Both the position numbers and the translations under genes were made by a program. Shown here one piece after another: positions 13,436-27,674 of a stretch of 64,000 bases of DNA (positions within the stretch are counted from its first letter, which is position 1; each line of letters starts with the position of its first letter). A model generated the notes under the pieces. It made no database searches and was not told the DNA's origin. It saw only the letters and a list, made by a program, of their open reading frames with translations. Source of the stretch: Octopus bimaculoides. Taxonomy: Eukaryota. Where the stretch lies: assembly GCF_001194135.2 (NCBI RefSeq), contig NC_068988.1:59105395-59169394 (forward strand), read 5' to 3'.

Positions 13436-14211
13436 TATAAGATGAGAACAGAGAGAGTTAATTAATTAATTATTATTTATTGATTAAAAAATTGACAAAT
13501 ATCACTTACAGCACAATCGTGCAATACTGGTCATTTCACACGTAATCTTTGCTTTGAAGAAATGTATTTTATTAATTCTAAATTACTTTTTATGGAACTT
13601 TATTGGGCACTTTAAATTAAGATGTTGCCATAAATTTAGAATGACATTCAAATATTTCAATTATGAATTTAAATAATTTTTCGATTATTATGTAATGAGG
13701 ATATTTCTTATAAAATGTTTAATGTAATTAGTAAATAGATAACTAATCAGTGTGACGTAAAGTATTTCAGTTTATTAGATTTAGTTTATATTCTTTGGTT
13801 TCCAGTGACGTAATCGATAATTTTATTCAAAATCCCTGTTTTAAGTTAATGTTTTCAGGTTATTTTTCTATGTAGATTTCTAATTGTCACAATGTAGAAT
13901 TCTTATATTTGTTCGTATATTTCTTAATGTTTTGATTTCATCTTTCAGTGACATCACCAAGAGTTGATTGACTTTTCTCATATAAATTTAGCTTGGATTT
14001 TATTTCTATTTTTATTTTTATTCATAAAACAATTTCGTTATCCTATGATGTCACTACTAGTTGAATAAACGAATGTTTCAGGTTGAATTCGTTTAGGCGT
14101 TTCCTTTGGTTAGAGTTTATTTACTGCACATCATTTCATATGTTCAATTGGAATTTCTCTAATTTTATTAAAATATATTTTCGAGAATATTATTAATTTT
14201 AATGATATTTT

Positions 14212-14277
<66 letters not shown>

Positions 14278-15119
14278 TTCGTCTTCGTATTTGGTTTACA
14301 AGATACTTTGTGTGAGCTCGTGTGTTGAAGCATATTTGTTGTGTTAGGAGAGAGTCATTCTCTCTTTGTGCCTTCTTATTTCACACACTCACCGGTTCAG
14401 TTTCCACTCATTTGCTTTATTTCTTCTATAGTGTTCGTTGTGCAGTCGTTCACTTTCACCGTTTTCCGAGAAGCGTTCTTTTTGTTCCTTTGTACGTATG
14501 TCTCTGGGTTAGTGTGCGTGCGCATGCACATATGTATATATGTATGCATGCATGTGTGTATGCATATATATATATGTATGTATCCAGCATTTTAATGTGT
14601 TTGTATGTTCGTGTTTTTTTTTGGGGGGGGGTTACGTGTGTGTGTGTGTGTGTGTGTGTGTTGGCAAGTGTGCGTGTTGGCAAGTGTGTGTGTTTTTGCA
14701 TGTGCGTGTGTGTGTACTTCTGTTTCCCTGTGTGTGCATGTCTGAGTGTGTCTGTGCATTGGTTTTTGTGACTATGTACGTGCGTCTGTTAAGTATCGAT
14801 GCGTGTCTCCATGCATGTCTTTGTGTGAAGTGTGCGTGTGTGTATATGGTTAAGTGTCTCAGACTTCATTTGCGTATGCATGTGTGTATGTTTGTCTGTC
14901 TGTTCATGCCTTTGAGAGAGAGTATGAAGTAGGAAGTAGCAATTAGAGACCAGCCTACTTCCTCTCACAGGTATTACGACCACTCACCGAAATGTTCCCA
15001 GAGGCCTGTGTGAGCACGGGGGATTTCCTCAGTAGAATCAGTAGTTGCAATCACTCCAACGACCTCACAGGTTGTGTAGTGAGTAGAATGGATGTATACG
15101 CACTGTATATTTGGTGTTA

Positions 15120-15200
15120 ATTTGCTTCAGCTTTATATTACATTAATTGTATTTCGGCCAGGGTTCTTTCGTCACACTTCTGTGACCTCATCAGTGGCCC
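15120..15200 (-). mobile_element. Penelope-like terminal fragment with hammerhead-like core relic
   Basis: Minus strand GGCCA-CTGATGA-GGTCACAGAAGTGTGAC-GAAA-GAACCC-TGGCC-GAAA. Core boxes are present but there is no canonical NUH triplet. Confidence 0.4.
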
Positions 15201-16617
15201 TTTTCTTTCTTCTTTCTTATTTGTGTGTCCCTCCTTACTAACGATCAGCCATTTTGTATTTTGTATTCTTATTGTATGTGTCTATATTTGCGCATGCGTA
15301 TCCCTCTTTGTGTGTTTATGTTGTTTGTCTATGTTTAGTAAATGCATGTATGTAGATACATATATTAAAAGTCATACTCAGCAAAATGCCAAAAATTCCT
15401 GTCAAAGAATAATAGTTATATATACGAAGGTAAGGAAAAATGTAGAATAACACCATTGTAACAGAATATATAACAAGATTCAAACAATATTGATTTATAA
15501 ACCTTTATTATACACACAAAATATTACTTAATTCATTCTTGTTTCGAGTATTATTATTATTTTTTTTACCGAAAATTACAGCTACATTTATTTTGCCTAG
15601 AACAAGAATTTAATAGTACAAATTATTGTACAATGTATCTATATAAACCACGTAATATATAAATTAGAATTATTTTCATAAAACTTTAACATAATGAAGC
15701 GCACAAATATTGAGATTTTTGCAATTTTTCAAATTAAAGACAAAAAAATTGTATGTAAGATACAGATTATAATTTAAGACATTATTTGAAATATATAGAC
15801 AGCTGTTTTCAGTTTTGGGACCAAATTAATATCTCAAAATATTTATTGAGAATAAAGTGAATCTTTTTTTATTTCGTTTTTATGTTTTAATACAAATGAT
15901 TCTCTGTTTCTTTCGAATTTCATTTCTGTTTCCTGAAACAACTTTGAAAAATGTTCATTCGAAAAAAAAAAAACAATAATTAATGGAAAAAAAAAATATA
16001 ATCTGTTCAGGCGTCATTGATGATAAAATATCATTTTTTAATCTGATTAATTAAAAAAGATTTTGTTTAAATATCGTCCTGCTTAAAAATCTTTAAATCA
16101 TCGTTTGCGTACTCAGTTTCAAACAACTAAAAAATACATAATTCTGCAATTAATAAAGATCATTCTGTGCCGTTCCAGGATTTATTCCTGTAAAGTGGGA
16201 CGATTCCATTTACATCATTCAGAATATGCTTTTTTTACAATAAATTGTCAGTGAATTCGACGCTTGGTTCATTTTCGCTCTGTCAGATTGCTTATATGCA
16301 ACCAAGGAAATTTCAGAATCACTGCCAAAAGTTTACTTCCAATAATAATGCAACAGTTGCTTCAGATATTTCTTTGGCAGTGTTTATAGTTCAATCTTAT
16401 TAAGAAGTCAATTAATCGATTGAAATTATAGGGAACCACTAGTCTCTAGGTAGCTTATTCAGAGCAATTTATCATTGTTTTTTTTTTCGTATAATTTCAC
16501 TCCATCAATTGGTCGATTATTAAGCTCGAAACAAGCAAGCACGCAAACGCATAATTAAAATGCCATAAGATACAATAGATAAATGAATTAATGTACTTAA
16601 CCCATGATTTTTGTCTA

Positions 16618-16664
<47 letters not shown>

Positions 16665-16676
16665 NNNNNNNNNNNN

Positions 16677-16731
<55 letters not shown>

Positions 16732-17719
16732 AGTATGTTTATATGTGTGTGTGTATACTTCTGTGTATATTTACACCTGTTTCTTTTTTCGTTTAATAAC
16801 AAAGTACAAATCTCTCTCAAATAATAATTAATCTTATGCTGACAATGAACATAAATCGTTATTTAGTATGACACAAACGCACACGTTTTAAATTGTTTCA
16901 ACCATTAGTTCTTTGCTAGGAAGATCGCCACATTTAATTTTGATAGTCTTGTGATAAAAAATATACACTCTTTGAGAACACAATGACATCACTTATGGAT
17001 AAATGCATTTGAAAATTGGTGCAGCTGTTCATATATTACTCAATGATCCATTCCATGTATAGCAATGAAATATCATTTATGACCGATTAATATTCAAGCA
17101 TTATATTGTCACTACGATTTATTAAATTATTTGAAGAATGAATCAAATTGCACTGCAAATGGATGCCAAGAGAGATAGAATTACAAGAAAAAATAAGCGA
17201 AATGAACAATGAATTGTCTATTAAAAAACTTTGTTCTTGTTGAACAAAGATGTATATTTCCAGTCTTATATAGACGTATAAACGTTAGTAGTTTTTGTGA
17301 AGATCAGAAAGATTTTCGAGATAAAGATTTAATCGATTACAGCAATCCTATAACAAAACTAGTACTTATTTTATTGGCACCGAAGAAATGTTAAGCTAAG
17401 TGGGACTTGAACTCAGAATATAAAGAGGTGAAGGAAACGTGCTCCTGATTCTTCTAGCAGATCTCTTCAATTTTTAAGAATAATTAAAACGAAAATATAC
17501 TCACACAATAATTACCAACTCATAAATATACTAACATAGGAACTACGCAAAATGTTTTGCTGCAATTTATGATACCAACACGTGAAAATGACTAGTGTCC
17601 ATTACATTGCCAACCAAGTGGTAAAAGACAGTGTTCAGTGAAGCAAGAATCAAAGCTTGACAATAAGGGACTAAATAAAAATCTGCACACACACCCACAC
17701 ACTCTGCAAACAGATATAG

Positions 17720-17778
<59 letters not shown>

Positions 17779-17829
17779 CACACATATATATGGGAGAATT
17801 TACGAAAAAAAACAACAGACGAAGACAGG

Positions 17830-17925
17830 TGGTGTAAGCAACAAATAGATGTATTAGTTTAACGCTCGGGAATAGAGAGAGTTTTTGACGTTTCGAGCTA
17901 CGCTCTTCAACTGAAAAGAACACAG
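17830..17925 (-). mobile_element. Penelope-like terminal fragment with minimal hammerhead-like motif
   Basis: Minus strand TTTTCAG-TTGAAGA-GCGTAGCTC-GAAACGTC-AAAA, with palindromic ACGT and a GUC triplet; C3 replaced by T. Confidence 0.45.
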
Positions 17926-18102
17926 AAAGAAATACTTAGCTGTACAGCATATCATGACACGCTGATGATACGTTGTAAAGCTAAACGCTTTATGAATGTG
18001 AAACCCAGGGTAATCGCATAAACTGGCCTTATCAATCTTTATACGATAGCATAAACTGTGTGTTTCTTCTTCCGATTTATGATGTACCGACGATTTATAT
18101 AT

Positions 18103-18187
<85 letters not shown>

Positions 18188-18231
18188 TTATATAAGAGCA
18201 TTACTATACAGGAATGCCTCACGCTAAGAGG

Positions 18232-18298
18232 GACTCTAAGGTCAAACTACCATAATAAACACAAAATGTGTTTATTATGCTAGTTTGACCTTAGAGTC
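18232..18298. repeat. Near-perfect 67-bp inverted repeat (32-bp arms, 1 mismatch, 3-nt loop)
   Basis: gactctaaggtcaaactaccataataaacaca-aaa-tgtgtttattatgctagtttgaccttagagtc. Confidence 0.95.
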
Positions 18299-21258
18299 TT
18301 TACCCTATTATTGAATTGATTATATATATATATGATAAACCGACGATTTATATGTCTACATAAATCGACGATTTATAAACAGTGTCCAAGGCTATCGGTA
18401 CTATCGGATTCGAGACTAATACCAAAATTCTTCAGGTAGGAAAAACCTTTGTTTTATGACGGTAAAATCGTTGTGTGGGTTTAGCGAAGAGTAAAAAATA
18501 ATCCAAACAATAAGAAACACTTTAACATATTTAATGATCATTAAGGATGTGTTAAGTATTATACAAGGACTGTGCCTGGATAATAGAACTGTAACAATAG
18601 CATGCAACATATATTTTTATTTTTATTCTCATATTTCCCTTTATACTTCGTATATTTCTTCCTTTCCAAAAGAACTTCTTGTATTGAACTCTAATATATA
18701 CTTCTATTTAACTCTCCCATATCGTCTCTGAGCATGGGATATCCTTTATATCTCTGAAACAGTTGTAAGACTTCGTTTCTCTTTATAAATGTCTTAGAAA
18801 TTTCACACTGCCTTGGCTTTGCTGTCTCATTCTATTTAACGCACACACACACACGCACACATGCACACACACCTACATACNNNNNNNNNNTTTCTAATTG
18901 TACCAAGTGTATGAACAGCCTATGTTGCTGACAATTGATTTTTACAATACAGTACATACATTTTAGAAAATATGTTACGAATTCACACTGGCTAAATTCA
19001 TATACCAAATGATTTTTACCCATATCATCTGCTAGATTCAGATACGTTCAAGTATTATGTTAGCTCTTTCAGTCATTGAACTCGTAATACACTGGTACAG
19101 CTTTGAAAGATTTAGTGAATCAAGGGAGCCCCACCTCAAATTTATTCTAATCGTGAATTCATTGAATTGTTTCTGTATATCGAATCTCTAAACTACGTAG
19201 AAATACAAAATCAAAAACTTTTCTGATGCAGGAGGAACAGAAAAAAATCACAGACACGCATATGCATACTAAATACAAGAATGCATGCATACATACATAC
19301 ATATACACACGTGCATATCCACATCTATATTTACGATGAGATACCACACGGTTTTCCGTCTTGATCAACCTGGTGTAATAATAGAACATGTTTGTTTAAT
19401 GTGATACAAGGTGGGTAATAATCGGAAACCACATGGTTGCAAAATGAACTTATTAACCGCACAAGCAATTAGTTTACTTTTCTACTTGCTCAGTAGTTTG
19501 AAAACAGCATTAAGTTAGTACTCATTAGAAATAGTAGACCATACTGAGTGTAGATTCATAAACTTTAAATTAGGAAACAAAAGCGAGCTCTTTCACATGA
19601 ATAGAAGTAACGAAACGAAAGATCATGTATATATTTATATGTATGTATACATATACGTATACAGGTTATGTCTGTGTATGTACTTTCATTTGTATAAATG
19701 TCTATATATAAATGTAGTCATATATCTATGCGAAGATGATGTTGAGTATGCATATATACGTATGTGTTTGCGTACATTTCTACATATATAAGTATATGTG
19801 TGTGTATGTATATACACGTGTGTGTATATGTATGTATGTAGATATATATGTATATTCATATATCTTTATGAGTATGTGGTTGCGTGTATTTTTATAATTT
19901 TTAATATATTTATGTTTTATATCTTTTACTTTTATTTGCCACGCCTATTAGAGTAACCTCCCTTTCTTCAAAGGTTTTTTTTTCATAGCGTACTTGTCTT
20001 AATTACTCATGAAAAATACCTAGAAGCTTTCTACTCCGGTATTTGAAACTCTAAGTATAGATATGACAGCTTACCGATTGTCCTATAATATATATANNNN
20101 NNNNNNNNNNNNNNNNNNNNNNNNNNNNNNNNNNNNNNNNNNNNNNNNNNNNNNNNNNNNNNNNNNNNNNNNNNNNNNNNNNNNNNNNNNNNNNNNNNNN
20201 NNNNNNNNNNNNNNNNNNNNNNNNNNNNNNNNNNNNNNNNNNNNNNNNNNNNNNNNNNNNNNNNNNNNNNNNNNNNNNNNNNNNNNNNNNNNNNNNNNNN
20301 NNNNNNNNNNNNNNNNNNNNNNNNNNNNNNNNNNNNNNNNNNNNNNNNNNNNNNNNNNNNNNNNNNNNNNNNNNNNNNNNNNNNNNNNNNNNNNNNNNNN
20401 NNNNNNNNNNNNNNNNNNNNNNNNNNNNNNNNNNNNNNNNNNNNNNNNNNNNNNNNNNNNNNNNNNNNNNNNNNNNNNNNNNNNNNNNNNNNNNNNNNNN
20501 NNNNNNNNNNNNNNNNNNNNNNNNNNNNNNNNNNNNNNNNNNNNNNNNNNNNNNNNNNNNNNNNNNNNNNNNNNNNNNNNNNNNNNNNNNNNNNNNNNNN
20601 NNNNNNNNNNNNNNNNNNNNNNNNNNNNNNNNNNNNNNNNNNNNNNNNNNNNNNNNNNNNNNNNNNNNNNNNNNNNNNNNNNNNNNNNNNNNNNNNNNNN
20701 NNNNNNNNNNNNNNNNNNNNNNNNNNNNNNNNNNNNNNNNNNNNNNNNNNNNNNNNNNNNNNNNNNNNNNNNNNNNNNNNNNNNNNNNNNNNNNNNNNNN
20801 NNNNNNNNNNNNNNNNNNNNNNNNNNNNNNNNNNNNNNNNNNNNNNNNNNNNNNNNNNNNNNNNNNNNNNNNNNNNNNNNNNNNNNNNNNNNNNNNNNNN
20901 NNNNNNNNNNNNNNNNNNNNNNNNNNNNNNNNNNNNNNNNNNNNNNNNNNNNNNNNNNNNNNNNNNNNNNNNNNNNNNNNNNNNNNNNNNNNNNNNNNNN
21001 NNNNNNNNNNNNNNNNNNNNNNNNNNNNNNNNNNNNNNNNNNNNNNNNNNNNNNNNCACACATATATATATATATATATGCATACATTAACGGTTCCCAC
21101 CCACCTCACAGCATAACATCAAGCGCTTCCTCTCCACCATCAACACACTATCCTACTCCAGCTCCTTTACTCTCAATACACACTACTCTCAGCTTCCGTC
21201 TACACTTAATTACACACTTCTTATGTGATCGCACACACTCACAGATTCACACATGTAT

Positions 21259-21290
<32 letters not shown>

Positions 21291-23514
21291 TTACTTACAA
21301 TCTCTCACAGACTTTTATATTTTGACACGTTATGCCTGTTATTTATACATGTACATAGTTGCACATATATACTCTTCTATTTGCCAAGTGCCATATATAT
21401 CTCAAACTATTGAATACCCACGGACAAATAGATGCCTACACAGACTCAGTCCTCACAGAGACATATACGCCTGCTCATCCACTGACATACTCACATATAC
21501 ATTCTTCTACAATATGACACTCTTTGTTTTATTGAAAAGAGAGAAATAACATTATTCCCTTCTCTCTTTCTCGTATCACGTGTCTTGACTGCTAATCATT
21601 CATTATCGTTTGAACAACAACCTACTTATAACTAATCACTTTGTACTTAGTTAACAAGTTACACACAAATCCCATTCCTCTGGTGCGTCCCTTCACTCAT
21701 GCCCACCCTTCTTTCAAAGCAGAGATTTGTCTCACTTTCCAATCTAATTCAGCTATTACACTTCTTCCTTGGCGCATCTGTCTAACAAGGCTATACTTTT
21801 ATCTTTTTCACAATTCTGGTCCTTACTTTTATTCCCAGGAATTTTTGAGAATCTTCTATAATCTTTTCAGTTTCTTTAACTGTTTATCATTTCTTTGAAA
21901 GTGTCTCATCTAGGAATTCATAATTCTTCAAAACAGTTTCGCTCATTTTATAATTTTAACATGAACCTCAAAACGGTGCCTCTAAAATTAGACTTCTCTA
22001 CTCCTCGTAAGTAACACCCAGCTTCCGCATGCCACCAATCTTTTCTTTTGACGTATTCATTTATCCTATATCTTCCAACATTCTAACATACAATCAGCAT
22101 ATTTAACAATTACATAAGTATTAAGACACCCACCCAAATATCAACCGCAAGAATATTTTATGCTGGCAAATATCTACACGTATATATGCGCCACACATAT
22201 ACATTCGCATACACAATGCCCTTTATATCTATTCCATTCACGGACAAACTCTGAAATAAATACTCAAAGATTCCTTTCTTTGTGACACAAATATTCGTAC
22301 CGAAACATTCATTCCTTAATGACTCTATCAATTCCAAGGAATTCTATCTCGTTTTCGTTTTTCCGGTGAAGAAATAATGCACGAATCGTTATGACAATCT
22401 CAATGTTTGATGCATTCGATTAATAAAATATTTTCTTAAAATTTTCTTTCCCTTGTTATTCAGGTTATTGTGTACTAGCATTAAACTATACGTATATTCG
22501 GGTATGTATATAAGTAAGTATGCATGTATGTATGCATGCGAGGGCATACGCCGTGTACCATTCACTCGTATTAAAATAAATGTCGTAAATGAAGATTGCG
22601 TGCAAGCATACTCGGCCAAGCATTCGTGTTCCCGAAACGAGGACTTAATTTAAGATCTTCTGAAGTCATTCTCTAATGAGATATCTTGAAAGCCTTTTAT
22701 AAGTATTTCTTGATCTTGGAGCGGTAAAAAAGAAAAAAAAAACAAAAGAAAAACGGAGGATTGTAGATTCCGTATAACGATGATTATCATTATATATATA
22801 TNNNNNNNNNNNNNNNNNNNNNNNNNNNNNNNNNNNNNNNNNNNNNNNNNNNNNNNNNNNNNNNNNNNNNNNNNNNNNNNNNNNNNNNNNNNNNNNNNNN
22901 NNNNNNNNNNNNNNNNNNNNNNNNNNNNNNNNNNNNNNNNNNNNNNNNNNNNNNNNNNNNNNNNNNNNNNNNNNNNNNNNNNNNNNNNNNNNNNNNNNNN
23001 NNNNNNNNNNNNNNNNNNNNNNNNNNNNNNNNNNNNNNNNNNNNNNNNNNNNNNNNNNNNNNNNNNNNNNNNNNNNNNNNNNNNNNNNNNNNNNNNNNNN
23101 NNNNNNNNNNNNNNNNNNNNNNNNNNNNNNNNNNNNNNNNNNNNNNNNNNNNNNNNNNNNNNNNNNNNNNNNNNNNNNNNNNNNNNNNNNNNNNNNNNNN
23201 NNNNNNNNNNNNNNNNNNNNNNNNNNNNNNNNNNNNNNNNNNNNNNNNNNNNNNNNNNNNNNNNNNNNNNNNNNNNNNNNNNNNNNNNNNNNNNNNNNNN
23301 NNNNNNNNNNNNNNNNNNNNNNNNNNNNNNNNNNNNNNNNNNNNNNNNNNNNNNNNNNNNNNNNNNNNNNNNNNNNNNNNNNNNNNNNNNNNNNNNNNNN
23401 NNNNNNNNNNNNNNNNNNNNNNNNNNNNNNNNNNNNNNNNNNNNNNNNNNNNNNNNNNNNNNNNNNNNNNNNNNNNNNNNNNNNNNNNNNNNNNNNNNNN
23501 NNNNNNNNNNNNNN

Positions 23515-23560
<46 letters not shown>

Positions 23561-24087
23561 AAATAGATAGATGGATATATTAATGTGTATTAATGAGTGC
23601 GTATGTGTGATATGTACGATGGTACGTGTATGTCTGCACGCGGGTGTGTTCGTTTTTAATAGCTGTGAAACAATGTGCATTAAATTAGGCCCTTGTATCC
23701 CAATTGAATCACCTAGTTCATAAGTAATCAAACAGTTGTAAAATATATATCAGAATATTAAAATTATGTTAGTGCAATGTGGATCCATTTCATGAGAGAC
23801 AAATATCTCTTTTGAGACATTATACATTTCGAATTATCTAAAGGATTAGTGAGCCCTGAGGGTTTGAATACCTGCTTACCCCACTTGGTGACAAAACGCA
23901 TTCACAATCAATAATATTACTGCTTCACTTTTTATATATATATACACACACACACAAATACACATAGGTATATNNNNNNNNNNNNNNNNNNNNNNNNNNN
24001 NNNNNNNNNNNNNNNNNNNNNNNNNNNNNNNNNNNNNNNNNNNNNNNNNNNNNNNNNNNATATATAAACGCACACAAACACATAGGT

Positions 24088-24131
<44 letters not shown>

Positions 24132-25136
24132 CAGAAATGAGATAACAAAGCCAAGGTTGTGATGAGTTTTTAGGACATTTATAATGATATAAATATATAT
24201 ATATACATAATATATAAATACATAATTATATATTACACACACACACACATATTTATTTGCATACTTACAATTCATGTAATATACATTTAATTGGTACGTA
24301 TGTGTGTGCGGATTATCAAAGACTATGACGTGGTATTTTCTGTACGGGTTAAGGCAATGCACACCAACGGAGTCATGTAATAGGCATAATGAAATAAGAA
24401 TGACAATACATGTAAAATATGTACAATTAATATCTCAAATGCAGTTAATCAAGTTAGAACCCCTTTGTGAATAGCATGTTTTATTTTATGAATAAAATAA
24501 ACTACTATCACACTTCGAGCATTCCAGATCCTACGTACATTGATTCTACACTGAGTTAAACCAAGTTACATATAAGGAAATGCGAAAACATTTCATTGTG
24601 AGATAACAGAAATGGCTTTTATAAACAGCTGTTCCTCCTAATTTGTAAAATGTATATATATAATGCATACACTCATATAATTTGCATGCATGTATAATTT
24701 TCTGTGTGCGTGCGTGTGTGTGTGTGCGTACGTACTTGCATGTATAGATTTACTATTATACATTTTAAAATCATTTCCTTCCTTTAGTTGTTGGATCGCC
24801 ATCAAGTTGGAATATCATCATTAATTGCCTAGTGATGCTTTTGTTCTAATGGGTTCCTGTTGAAATGGCATATCAGATCAAGATGGTTTGTGAAATAATT
24901 ATTTTGTGACACACGCATAAACACATACACGAACATACTCACACACACAAACGCACACACATAGATGGACATAAGCGTATATAGCTACCTATCAATGTAT
25001 CTATCTATAGGTTCGTACTTTATATGTAGACAATTTGATAGCCTATAGATTATGAATATTCTCTCTCTCTCTCTATCTATTTGTCTGTCTGTCAGTCTGC
25101 CCCTCTGTCTCTCTCCGTCTCTCCTTTTCCCTCTGT

Positions 25137-25184
<48 letters not shown>

Positions 25185-25774
25185 ACACACACACACATAT
25201 ATATATTTGCAGGATTCAATTGGGGCGAGTTATTTTAATAAGAACGATGTATCTTATTAAAACGTATACGGACTTGTCCTTTTAGTTAACCATACATCCA
25301 AGATATTGTCCAGTATAATCAGGGTAAACGTAAAATCAAAGAAGGCTATACTCCGGCATTTAGCCCACGGTCCATTTCCGGCTCAAGATATAATGCAGTG
25401 AAGGTTCCGTGTGTAGTGTACAATAAATAATTATAACTCAAACAGGTTGATTTTTACTGCAGTTGTATTCGACGAGTTTTATGGATGAACAAATCAATTA
25501 CATCATGTAAATAAGAAAACCGATTGCTTCAGGTGAATTAAGATTAGAATCCAAAATTACTCTCAACCGCAACCGAAAAGTCCTAAATCCTTAAAATCCT
25601 AAATATATCATATAGTTTTTGTGTGAAAAATCCTAAATTTCTGATATTCATTTTAGTTCACCTACAAAAAACGGTGCTTTTTTTTTTAATGATGTCAGTG
25701 ATTTGTAATCCACACAAACAAAGAAAAGCTTATGGAAATAATTGCAATGACCGTTAATCCGTTTGGTTTGCTGC

Positions 25775-25788
25775 TGTTGTTGTTGTTG

Positions 25789-25837
<49 letters not shown>

Positions 25838-26439
25838 NNNNNNNNNNNNNNNNNNNNNNNNNNNNNNNNNNNNNNNNNNNNNNNNNNNNNNNNNNNNNNN
25901 NNNNNNNNNNNNNNNNNNNNNNNNNNNNNNNNNNNNNNNNNNNNNNNNNNNNNNNNNNNNNNNNNNNNNNNNNNNNNNNNNNNNNNNNNNNNNNNNNNNN
26001 NNNNNNNNNNNNNNNNNNNNNNNNNNNNNNNNNNNNNNNNNNNNNNNNNNNNNNNNNNNNNNNNNNNNNNNNNNNNNNNNNNNNNNNNNNNNNNNNNNNN
26101 NNNNNNNNNNNNNNNNNNNNNNNNNNNNNNNNNNNNNNNNNNNNNNNNNNNNNNNNNNNNNNNNNNNNNNNNNNNNNNNNNNNNNNNNNNNNNNNNNNNN
26201 NNNNNNNNNNNNNNNNNNNNNNNNNNNNNNNNNNNNNNNNNNNNNNNNNNNNNNNNNNNNNNNNNNNNNNNNNNNNNNNNNNNNNNNNNNNNNNNNNNNN
26301 NNNNNNNNNNNNNNNNNNNNNNNNNNNNNNNNNNNNNNNNNNNNNNNNNNNNNNNNNNNNNNNNNNNNNNNNNNNNNNNNNNNNNNNNNNNNNNNNNNNN
26401 NNNNNNATATATATATATATGTATATATATATATAGATG

Positions 26440-26495
<56 letters not shown>

Positions 26496-26520
26496 CATAC
26501 ATACATACATACATAGATAG
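25775..26520. repeat. (TTG)n/(TTA)n, N gap, then (AT)n/(ATAG)n/(ATAC)n compound microsatellite
   Basis: Direct inspection. Confidence 0.9.
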
Positions 26521-26559
26521 TCTTAATGTGCATACGACTGTGCTTAATTCAGACTCAGT

Positions 26560-26690
26560 TTCCGGAAGCTGTCTCCAAATTTGGGCATTTCAAACATAAG
26601 ATGATGATCTATGTCTGGTCGAACAAGTTCGTTCCGGAGGGTTGAATCATCAGGATCAAAATGTACTCCGAACAACTGTTTTATTTTTAT
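26560..26690 (+). mobile_element. Decayed mariner transposase fragment
   Basis: EAVSKFGHFKHKMMIYVWSNKFVPEG*IIRIKMYSEQL resembles the mariner segment KVMLCVWW...ELVPxGxTIN...YxxQL. Confidence 0.45.
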
Positions 26691-27225
26691 ATATAGTGGT
26701 TCCTAATTTCGTTTGAAAAAGTATATGTGAGAACAATCATGAATTTCTGTGTAAACTTCAAATTGATTTTATTAAATATGTTAAACATTTTATGGGTGGC
26801 ATACGCGTTCTTCATCCTCTTCACCAAATTCTCTTCCAGCGTTAGGGAAGTTTAAGTTGCAAACATATGCAAGTTAGTATACGGATTACATTGACCCCCT
26901 CCACTAACTGGAATCAGTTGCGAAGGCTCAGAAAACAGACATAAATTCGTATTTCATTTTTGAATTATGCATTTAGAGAAAAAGAAAGGGGAAAAAATGT
27001 TTACTAGAAATTGGTTTTCAGAAATTGATTTGAAGTACTGGAAGGTTGCCGGACCTAAAATGATAACCGATCATCTACATATAAAATAAATAAAATGCAT
27101 ATCGTTTGTTGTTTAAATAAATTTTCATTTGAATACAAGAGATTCGTCAGATAACTGGGGGAAAACCGAGTTCTGAAAGCGCGGATGACTGCACAAAGTG
27201 TATTAAAATATATTTTTCTTTAATT

Positions 27226-27432
27226 TTTTCTACTCTAGGCACAAGGCCAGAAATTTGGGGAAGGTGGTCAGTCGATTAGATCGAGCCCAGTACGCAACTG
27301 GTACTTAATCTATCGACCCCGAAATGATGAAAAGCAAAGTCGACCTCGGCGGAATTTGAATGGAAAGACAGACGAAATACGGCTAAGCATTTCGCACGAC
27401 GTGCTAATTAATGTTTCTCCCAGCCCGCCGCC
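27226..27432 (-). mobile_element. tRNA-headed SINE (family B), copy 1 of tandem pair
   Basis: Minus strand starts AGGCGGCGGGCTGGGAGAA; B-box-like TTCAAATTCC; body GCCGAGGTCGACTTTGCTTTTCATC shared with the 34.5-35.0 kb and 62.9-63.3 kb copies. Confidence 0.8.
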
Positions 27433-27453
27433 TCAGTGTATTAAAATATATTT

Positions 27454-27674
27454 ATTTCTTTATTGCCCAGAGGGGGCTAAACACAGCGGGTACAATCAAG
27501 ATGATAAATCGCCTACATCGACTGAAGTGCGTAACTGGTACTTATTTAATCGACCCCGAAAGGATGAAAAGCAAAGTGATTCTCGGCGGAATTAGATCTC
27601 AGAACATAAAGACAGACGAAACACTGCTAAGCATTTCGCACGTAGTGCTAAGGATTCTGCCAGCTCGTCGCCCT
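27454..27674 (-). mobile_element. tRNA-headed SINE (family B), copy 2 of tandem pair
   Basis: Same body with a different 3' subtype (plus-strand ttattgcccagagggggctaaacac); flanked by tgtattaaaatatatt on both sides. Confidence 0.8.

Noticed and set aside
14926-14963. Small hairpin aggaagtag...ctacttcct
   Set aside because: Only a 9-bp stem with a 15-nt loop, within probable repeat-derived DNA; not distinguishable from background.
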